DNA from: an uncultured Bacilli bacterium
GTDB lineage: Bacteria > Bacillota_I > Bacilli_A > RF39 > UBA660
Assembly: GCA_934101495.1 (NCBI GenBank)
Contig: CAKORG010000001.1
Span: 8,214 to 72,213 of the forward strand
Direction: 5' to 3'
DNA length: 64,000 nucleotides
The notes under the pieces were generated by a model, which was not told the origin of the DNA, made no database searches, and saw nothing but the letters and a program-made list of their open reading frames with translations. Position numbers and translations under genes: made by a program. This document shows, piece after piece, positions 57,424 through 64,000 of this stretch. How positions within the stretch are numbered: position 1 is the first letter of the stretch; each line of letters begins with the position of its first letter.

Positions 57424-58294
57424 TCATGTTTGTTATTACTCTGGCACCATCTGCAGCTGCTGTTACAAGTTGATATGTATCTTTATTAATAATATCCCCG
57501 ATAGCATATACTCCTTTTATTTCTGTTTCTAATTTTTCATTTACTTTTACATAACCATTTTCATCAAGTATTTCTTTTGGCACAAATTCTGTTGCTGGCC
57601 TATACCCTACATAAATAAATACACCCTTAACATTTAAAGTAGTACCATTATCTAGAGTTATACTGGATAATTTATTATTTTCTTCATTCATACTTTTGAT
57701 ATTAGCATTGTAAATTATTTCTATCTTAGGATTTTTCTTTATATTTTCCACAAGCATTTCCTCACCACGGAAACCGCTTCTTCGATTAATGAGATAAATA
57801 TGCCCCACAATATTTGCTAGATATAAAGCTTCTTGAAGGGCACTATTGCCTGTACCTACAATAGCTACATTTTCATTTTTATAAAAGAATGCATCACATA
57901 CTGCGCATGTTGATAAACCTTTTCCAAGTAAAGTTTTTTCATTATCTAAGCCTAAATACTTTGGCTTTCTACCCATTGCTAAAACCACTTTTTTTGCTTC
58001 ATATGTACTCTTATCAGTTATTACTTTTTTTGTTTCTTCATTTAACTCTAAACTTTTTACTTCTTCTAAAACATATGGAATATCTAAAAATTTAACTTGT
58101 TTTTCGAGAACTTCAGCAAAATCTGGGCCAGCTATTTCTGGTACACCTGGATAATTACTAATTTTATCTATATTATTTAAAAGACCCCCGGGCATGCCTT
58201 TATCAATAAGTAATACTTTTTTATTACTGCGTTTAGCATAAATTCCTGCGGTTATACCACTTATGCCCATGCCAATTATGATTATATCATACAT
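57419..58294 (-). CDS. trxB: thioredoxin-disulfide reductase-like flavoprotein
   Basis: 291 aa; FAD motif IIIGMGISG, redox CAVCD, NADPH motif GTGNSA, C-terminal GVYAIGDI. Confidence 0.8.
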   Translation of the reverse strand: MYDIIIIGMGISGITAGIYAKRSNKKVLLIDKGMPGGLLNNIDKISNYPGVPEIAGPDFAEVLEKQVKFLDIPYVLEEVKSLELNEETKKVITDKSTYEAKKVVLAMGRKPKYLGLDNEKTLLGKGLSTCAVCDAFFYKNENVAIVGTGNSALQEALYLANIVGHIYLINRRSGFRGEEMLVENIKKNPKIEIIYNANIKSMNEENNKLSSITLDNGTTLNVKGVFIYVGYRPATEFVPKEILDENGYVKVNEKLETEIKGVYAIGDIINKDTYQLVTAAADGARVITNMK

Positions 58295-58306
58295 TATTAT
58301 TCCTCC

Positions 58307-59116
58307 TTAGAATCTTACTACTTGGTTTTCATCTTGATCATACAAATCTTCATAGCGACCTTTTCTACCTGTAATCATAATAATTATTAAACCAACGAAG
58401 ATCATGACAATTGAAACTATTTGAGCCATTTTAAACCCACCTAGCATAAGCGAATCTGTTCTCATTGCTTCAATTATAAAGCGACCTAGTCCATACCACA
58501 TCAAATATAATGCAAATGGCTGACCAACTTTGGTAATTTTTAATCTTCTTACTATAAGAAGTACTAGAAAGCCCACCAAACACCATAATGATTCATATAA
58601 AAATGTCGGTGTATAATAGATTCCATCAATATTCATGCCTTTAATTATAAAGTCGGGAATGTGTAAACTTTCTAAGTGAGATAGTGTTGTGGCTGGACCA
58701 TGTGCTTCACTATTGAAAAAATTTCCCCATCTACCCATGGCTTGAGCAAGAAGCATCGATGGTGCTAAAAAGTCAAACATTCTAACAGCTCTTACTTTAT
58801 ATTTCTTACAATATAATAGAATAACCAATATACCAGCAATTATACCCCCATGTATTGCAAGTCCACCTTCCCAAATTTTAAATATATCCCAGAAATTATT
58901 ATACAATTCTAGATTGAATAACACATAGTATAATCTAGCACCAATTATACCAAATATTATGACCCAGAAAAGCATATTAAAAACAAACTCTGTTGGATAT
59001 TTATATCTCTTTGCTTCTTTTAAAACTAGAGTTATACCTATCATAGCTCCTAAAATAATTAATACCGAATACCACTCTAATTTAAAATTACCTATTTCAA
59101 TTATATATCTATTCAT
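58307..59116 (-). CDS. lgt: prolipoprotein diacylglyceryl transferase
   Basis: 269 aa; polytopic; Lgt signature region GGLAIHGGIIAGI... Confidence 0.88.
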   Translation of the reverse strand: MNRYIIEIGNFKLEWYSVLIILGAMIGITLVLKEAKRYKYPTEFVFNMLFWVIIFGIIGARLYYVLFNLELYNNFWDIFKIWEGGLAIHGGIIAGILVILLYCKKYKVRAVRMFDFLAPSMLLAQAMGRWGNFFNSEAHGPATTLSHLESLHIPDFIIKGMNIDGIYYTPTFLYESLWCLVGFLVLLIVRRLKITKVGQPFALYLMWYGLGRFIIEAMRTDSLMLGGFKMAQIVSIVMIFVGLIIIMITGRKGRYEDLYDQDENQVVRF

Positions 59117-59228
59117 AATTCACTCTCCTTTATATATTGTACCAAATTTTTTTAAATTAATCTATGCATAATAATTATTTAATTTAAGAAAAAAGCATTA
59201 ACTCATTAATAAAGTCTAATGCCTCTTA

Positions 59229-62036
59229 TTATTTTAGTATTTTAGCTAAAAATTCACCAGTATATGATCCTTTGCATTTGGCTACTTGTTCTGGAGTTCC
59301 AGTAGCCACAATTTTTCCACCATATTTACCACCATCTGGACCTAAATCTATGATGTGGTCTGCTACTTTTATAACATCTAAGTTATGTTCAATTACTATT
59401 ACTGTATCACCATTATCCACTATTCTATTTAGAATAACTAATAGTTTTTTAATATCATCAGAATGAAGTCCTGTTGTTGGTTCATCAAGTATAAATACTG
59501 ATTTGCCTGTTGCTTTCTTTTGAAGTTCTTTAGCAAGTTTTACACGGCCAGCTTCCCCCCCTGATAATGTTGGTGCTGATTGACCTAATTTAATGTATGA
59601 AAGTCCGACATCCATCATTACCTTTAGTTTATTGTAAATTTTTGGAACATTTTCAAAGAATTCCAGAGCTTCACTTACTCTCATGTCCAACACTTCACTT
59701 ATATTTTTGCCTTTATATTTTATTTCAAGAGTTTCTCTGTTATATCTTCTTCCTTTACATACATCACATGGAACATATACATCTGCTAGGAAATGCATTT
59801 CAATTTTCTTAACGCCATCTCCCCAACAATTTTCACATCTTCCACCTTTAACATTAAATGAGAAACGACCTTTGTCATATCCGCGCATTTTTGCTTCTTT
59901 TGTTTGCGCAAATAAATCTCTAATATCATCAAATACTCCTACATACGTTGCGGGATTACTTCTCGGTGTTCTACCTATAGCATCTTGAGTTATTTGGATT
60001 ACTTTGTCAATATTTTCAAGGCCTGTTATTTCTTTACAAACACCTGGAATTACTTTACTTTTATAAATTTCTGATGCTAGTCTTTTATATAAAACTTCGT
60101 TAATAAGTGAAGATTTACCTGAGCCAGATACACCAGTTACAACTACTAATTTGTTAAGTGGAATATCTACATTTATACTTTTTAAGTTATTTTCTTTAGC
60201 ACCTTTGATACTTATTTTTAAACCATTACCTTTTCTGCGTTTTTCAGGCACTTCTATTTTTAACTCTCCGCTTAGGTATTTTCCTGTTAAACTATTTGGA
60301 TTTTTCATAACTTCTTCTGGCGTGCCAGCAGCCATAATTTGTCCACCATATTCACCTGCGCCTGGACCAACATCTACTAAATAGTCTGATGCTAGCATAG
60401 TATCTGTATCATGCTCAACAACAATTAGTGAATTACCTAAATCACGCATTTCTTTTAATGAATTAATTAATCTTTCGTTATCTTTTTGATGAAGGCCAAT
60501 ACTAGGTTCATCAAGAACATATAAAACACCTGATAATTTTGAACCAATTTGGGTTGCAAGTCTTATTCTTTGTGCTTCCCCACCAGATAATGTTCCTGCA
60601 CTTCTTGTTAAAGTTAAATATGATAAACCAACATTATTTAAGAATTCTAGTCTAGAAATTATTTCCTTTAGTATAAGGTTACTTATTTCTTTTTCTTCGT
60701 TATTTAGTTTTAACTTTTTAACAAAATCAAGTAAGTCACTTATAGACATATCACACATATCAAAAATATTCTTATCATTAATATATATAGATAATACTGA
60801 TTTTTGTAATCTTTTTCCTTTACAAACTGGACACTCTGTTTCAATCATATACCCTTGAAGCCATTCCCTGATCCATCCACTTTTTGTTTCAACATATCTT
60901 CTTTCTAGTGTTGGAATTACACCTTCATATGTACCTTTTGTATTTCTGGTACTGCCATTTTTAGAAACATAGTTAAATTCAAGTATTTCATCTGTACCAT
61001 ATAATATGTAGTTTAATTTTTCTTCAGGAATATCCTTTACTGGTGCAAACATATTGATATCATATTTTTTACATATAGTTTCAATTTGGGTAAAATACAT
61101 ATTTGAATCCATACTTAAGGCAGATATAGCACCTTCTACTAAAGATTTATTTGGATCTGGTATTAGTAAATCTTTACTAATATGAAGCTTTGTACCTAAA
61201 CCTTTACATTCTTCACAAGCTCCGTATGGGGCATTAAATGAAAATAATCTTGGTTCTAGTTCTGGTATTGAGTAGTTACATATTTCACAAGCATATTTTT
61301 CACTCATGAATATTTCTTCATCATCAACTAGTAATACTACTTTGCCATCAGCTTTCTTGGTGCTTGTTTCTACGGCTTCAAATATTCTGCTATATTCTTC
61401 ATCATCTACAGTAATTTTATCTATAATAATATCTATATTGTCTTTAATATTTTTTTCTAGAGTTATTTCTTCATTTAAACTCATATTTTTGCCATTTACG
61501 CGAACACGAGTAAAGCCTTCTTTACGAAGTTCATCAAATAAATCTTTATGGGTTCCCTTTTCGCCATGAACTACAGGTGCTAATATGGCAACTGTTTTTC
61601 CTTTGTATTCCATTACTTTATTAGTCATTTCTTCAATACTTTGACTTTTTATTGGTGTATGATGAGTTGGACAATAAGGTCTACCAATTCTGGCAAATAA
61701 AAGACGCAAATAATCGTAAATTTCAGTTATTGTACCTACTGTTGAACGTGGATTTTTATTCGTAGATTTTTGGTCGATTGATATTGATGGTGATAATCCT
61801 TCAATAGAGTCTACATCTGGTTTTTCATTTACACCAATAAATTGACGAGCATAAGCTGATAGGCTTTCTACATATCTTCTTTGCCCTTCAGCATAAATTG
61901 TATCAAATGCTAAACTACTCTTTCCTGAGCCTGATACTCCGGTCATGACAACTAACTTATTTTTAGGTATTTCTAAATCAACATTTTTTAAATTGTTCTC
62001 TCTAGCTCCTTTTATTATTATTTTATCATTATTCAT
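59229..62036 (-). CDS. uvrA: excinuclease ABC subunit A
   Basis: Two ABC ATPase modules (GVSGSGKSSLAFDTIYAEGQRRYVESLSAYARQF...), Zn fingers. Start revised to ATG 62036 (MNNDKIIIKGARENNLKN...) with RBS AGAGGTG; the track start at 62087 is upstream in frame. Confidence 0.93.
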   Translation of the reverse strand: MNNDKIIIKGARENNLKNVDLEIPKNKLVVMTGVSGSGKSSLAFDTIYAEGQRRYVESLSAYARQFIGVNEKPDVDSIEGLSPSISIDQKSTNKNPRSTVGTITEIYDYLRLLFARIGRPYCPTHHTPIKSQSIEEMTNKVMEYKGKTVAILAPVVHGEKGTHKDLFDELRKEGFTRVRVNGKNMSLNEEITLEKNIKDNIDIIIDKITVDDEEYSRIFEAVETSTKKADGKVVLLVDDEEIFMSEKYACEICNYSIPELEPRLFSFNAPYGACEECKGLGTKLHISKDLLIPDPNKSLVEGAISALSMDSNMYFTQIETICKKYDINMFAPVKDIPEEKLNYILYGTDEILEFNYVSKNGSTRNTKGTYEGVIPTLERRYVETKSGWIREWLQGYMIETECPVCKGKRLQKSVLSIYINDKNIFDMCDMSISDLLDFVKKLKLNNEEKEISNLILKEIISRLEFLNNVGLSYLTLTRSAGTLSGGEAQRIRLATQIGSKLSGVLYVLDEPSIGLHQKDNERLINSLKEMRDLGNSLIVVEHDTDTMLASDYLVDVGPGAGEYGGQIMAAGTPEEVMKNPNSLTGKYLSGELKIEVPEKRRKGNGLKISIKGAKENNLKSINVDIPLNKLVVVTGVSGSGKSSLINEVLYKRLASEIYKSKVIPGVCKEITGLENIDKVIQITQDAIGRTPRSNPATYVGVFDDIRDLFAQTKEAKMRGYDKGRFSFNVKGGRCENCWGDGVKKIEMHFLADVYVPCDVCKGRRYNRETLEIKYKGKNISEVLDMRVSEALEFFENVPKIYNKLKVMMDVGLSYIKLGQSAPTLSGGEAGRVKLAKELQKKATGKSVFILDEPTTGLHSDDIKKLLVILNRIVDNGDTVIVIEHNLDVIKVADHIIDLGPDGGKYGGKIVATGTPEQVAKCKGSYTGEFLAKILK

Positions 62037-62293
62037 ATATAGCACCTCTTTTTCATATTTTGACACAAAAAGATAATTTTCATGCAAAAATAATATATCA
62101 CAAACATATATTTGTAGTCAAGAGAATTTTGTAATGTTCCAATGTAAAATTTAGTAATTATTTAAATAAATGAATATAATTAATGTAAATAACTCATTTT
62201 TAAGTGTTTAAAATTTGACAAATCATTGATTATATGGTAAAATAATGGCGACTTAAAGGAAAAGTGTTTTCTAAAGCGAAGGGGGTACGTTAT

Positions 62294-63832
62294 ATGTACG
62301 AAGAAGGAAAGAAAAATTTAAGTTTAAATTGGGGATCACTTGCAATTAAACTTGTGATTCTTGCAGTTATAGTATTTATAGCTGGTTGGATATTTGTTAA
62401 AGTAACTGGCAACACATCGACCAAATCTAAAAATACTTTAGCTGATAGTAATAGTGAATATATTAACAATATTAACACTATGAAAACTGCAGCATTTGAA
62501 TATTTTACAAAATCAAAATTACCTGAAAAAGTTGGTGCAACTGAAAAAGTAACACTAGCTCAAATGATTAATCAAAAGTTGTTAATTGACTTTACTAACG
62601 ATGGTAAAGCTTGTGACACTAATTCAAGTTACATTCAAACTACTAAGACTGCTGATGGTAATTATGCATTAAAAGTTAGTTTAACTTGTGGTAAACAATC
62701 TGATTTTATTGTTACTACTATTGAAAAAACTGCTTGTGATAATAATGGAACTTGTATAGTGGATAATACTAAAACAAATACTGACGTTGTTGACAATAAT
62801 AAAAATAGTAATATGAATAACAATAACTTAAGCAATAATAATAGTAGTAATAGTTCTAATAATTCAAGTTCTATTACAACAAATAATACTAACAAAGGAA
62901 ATGGTTCGAGCAAAGGAAATAGTTCTAGTTCTAGTTCAAGCACAAGTACTAAAACTACAGTTACTACAAAGATTACTATTAAAATAAGTTGTACCAATGG
63001 ATGTTGTCAAACAAATTGTAATAACAACAACAATAATAATAACAACAATAATAATAACAACAATAATAATAATAATAATAATGATAAACCAACACCTAGT
63101 AAAGTTAGATATTATAAATATGTAAAATATAGTGATTGGAAAGATGGTTATTCTAATGCAGATAATGCAGAAAATAAAAAACAAACTATAACAACATATA
63201 ATTATTGTAAGGAATACAAAAAAACTTACTATTCAACTGGTTATGTTACAGATAAGACAAACATTGGAAAATATAATTATGAAATACAATTCTTAGATTT
63301 ACCAAGTGATGTTAATAATGTTGACGTTGTAAAAAGAAGTGCATCATATTTCAGTAATTCAAATACTGATTATCGTGCATACATTAGAAACAGAGAAAAC
63401 GTTTATATGACTGGCAATTCAGGTAAATATGATGTTTCTATTAATAATGTTTCTTCATTTAGAGAATCATCATTAAAGAGAAGTAATTTTAGTTTTAAAG
63501 TTTCTGATGCTTATTACAACAGAACTGAAAAGAATTGGGCTACTGAAATTACTGTTGATTATAAAAATTTAAGTAATGTTACACCATATTATGCTAGTAA
63601 TTTACGTTATGATGTATATTTTGTACCATTAAAGTTTGATATTAGTTATTCAAGAAATAGTACTTGTTATAGAGATTATGAAAATAGTCAAGTTAAATAT
63701 GAAAATTATAGTGTGAGTGATCCTGAAGAAGAAGAAATATGGAAGCATAGAACTTATGAATATAAATGGAGTAAAGAAACTTCATTAGAAGGTTATACTT
63801 ATACTGGTCAATATGAAGATAGAGCTGAATAA
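62294..63832 (+). CDS. membrane-anchored surface protein with a long poly-Asn/Ser low-complexity tract
   Basis: Preferred start ATG 62294 (MYEEGKKNLSLNWGSLAIKLVILAVIVFIAGWIF...) after RBS AAGGGGG; the track start is 62264. N21 run and S-rich tract. Confidence 0.5.
   Translation: MYEEGKKNLSLNWGSLAIKLVILAVIVFIAGWIFVKVTGNTSTKSKNTLADSNSEYINNINTMKTAAFEYFTKSKLPEKVGATEKVTLAQMINQKLLIDFTNDGKACDTNSSYIQTTKTADGNYALKVSLTCGKQSDFIVTTIEKTACDNNGTCIVDNTKTNTDVVDNNKNSNMNNNNLSNNNSSNSSNNSSSITTNNTNKGNGSSKGNSSSSSSSTSTKTTVTTKITIKISCTNGCCQTNCNNNNNNNNNNNNNNNNNNNNNDKPTPSKVRYYKYVKYSDWKDGYSNADNAENKKQTITTYNYCKEYKKTYYSTGYVTDKTNIGKYNYEIQFLDLPSDVNNVDVVKRSASYFSNSNTDYRAYIRNRENVYMTGNSGKYDVSINNVSSFRESSLKRSNFSFKVSDAYYNRTEKNWATEITVDYKNLSNVTPYYASNLRYDVYFVPLKFDISYSRNSTCYRDYENSQVKYENYSVSDPEEEEIWKHRTYEYKWSKETSLEGYTYTGQYEDRAE
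63020..63083. repeat. (AAT/AAC)n microsatellite encoding an uninterrupted run of 21 Asn
   Basis: aataacaacaacaataataataacaacaataataataacaacaataataataataataataat seen directly. Confidence 0.8.
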
Positions 63833-63846
63833 GCTCTATCTTTTTT
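63818..63846 (+). terminator. rho-independent terminator (GATAGAGC-tgaataa-GCTCTATC + T6); the stop codon lies in the loop
   Basis: Seen directly. Confidence 0.65.
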
Positions 63847-63906
63847 ATTGCTTTTAATCTACACAAATTTATACTTCTTTTATATTTATTTTAAAGCAAA
63901 ATAAAA

Positions 63907-63924
63907 ACTGTTGTAATTAACAGT
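63907..63924. terminator. bidirectional hairpin ACTGTT-gtaatt-AACAGT between convergent genes
   Basis: Seen directly; U-rich flanks on both strands. Confidence 0.45.
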
Positions 63925-63937
63925 CTTTATTGTTTGA

Positions 63938-64000
63938 TTAACCATTTTTAACTGAAGTACAATCTGACCCGGTTGGATTACTTACACATGCTGCACAATA
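63938..64000 (-). CDS. partial CDS (C-terminal 20 codons; gene continues past the window end): third member of the two-TM Cys-tail family
   Basis: Only one minus-strand frame is open to the window edge: ...YCAACVSNPTGSDCTSVKNG*, matching the tail pattern Y..C..C..(S/N)P...(D/E).C of the 144-aa and 489-aa proteins. Confidence 0.4.
   Translation of the reverse strand, partial: YCAACVSNPTGSDCTSVKNG

Noticed and set aside
62290-63184. Minus-strand ORFs 62290..62478, 62662..62997, 62936..63184 opposite the poly-Asn surface-protein gene
   Set aside because: Antisense translation of Asn/Ser-codon repeats gives poly-Leu/Ile/Val nonsense; no RBS

Overview
This 64-kb window looks like a chromosomal segment from a very AT-rich (about 27-30% GC), endospore-forming Firmicute. 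The guess of Clostridia or Erysipelotrichia is inference only. TGA acts as a stop codon, so it is not a UGA=Trp mollicute. Spore formation is supported by spoIVA, cotJB/cotJC and a dacF-type DD-carboxypeptidase.

Most of the window is densely packed housekeeping genes, mostly on the minus strand:
- DNA replication and repair: ligA, pcrA, uvrA, an ssb-like gene, recX.
- Chromosome partitioning and division: scpA/scpB, ftsK/spoIIIE.
- Protein targeting: ftsY plus ylxM.
- Translation and RNA: the rimP-nusA-ylxR-infB-rbfA-truB operon, ackA, nrnA, RNase J, uppS, cysS, gltX, trxB, lgt, trmL and tRNA-Lys(CUU).

No CRISPR array, rRNA gene or intact mobile element was found.

Accessory or unusual content is scattered between these core genes:
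1. A family of three paralogous secreted proteins. They share an about 110-aa C-terminal module with a conserved Cys, two TM helices and a CxxC...C tail. Two copies are complete (144 and 489 aa) and a third runs off the right edge of the window. I cannot assign the module to a known family.
2. An Amidoligase_2 (GCS2-like) enzyme fused to an unknown about 190-aa N-terminal domain. It is translationally coupled to trmL.
3. A 671-aa surface protein with a glycine-rich domain resembling the ALK/LTK glycine-rich fold. It contains an A9 tract and sits in an operon with a zinc-ribbon membrane protein and a UPF0316 protein.
4. A secreted Cys-rich protein built from near-identical 156-nt tandem repeats.
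5. An orphan HerA-like ATPase.
6. A mazEF toxin-antitoxin pair next to an HExxH membrane protein and a degraded Rpn/YhgA-like transposase remnant.
7. A membrane-tethered XRE regulator next to a relatively GC-rich secreted beta-rich protein.
8. A SWIM+SNF2 helicase.

Several start codons from the ORF track are revised on ribosome-binding-site and homology grounds. Family assignments come from reading the translated sequences and recalling conserved motifs. No database searches were run.
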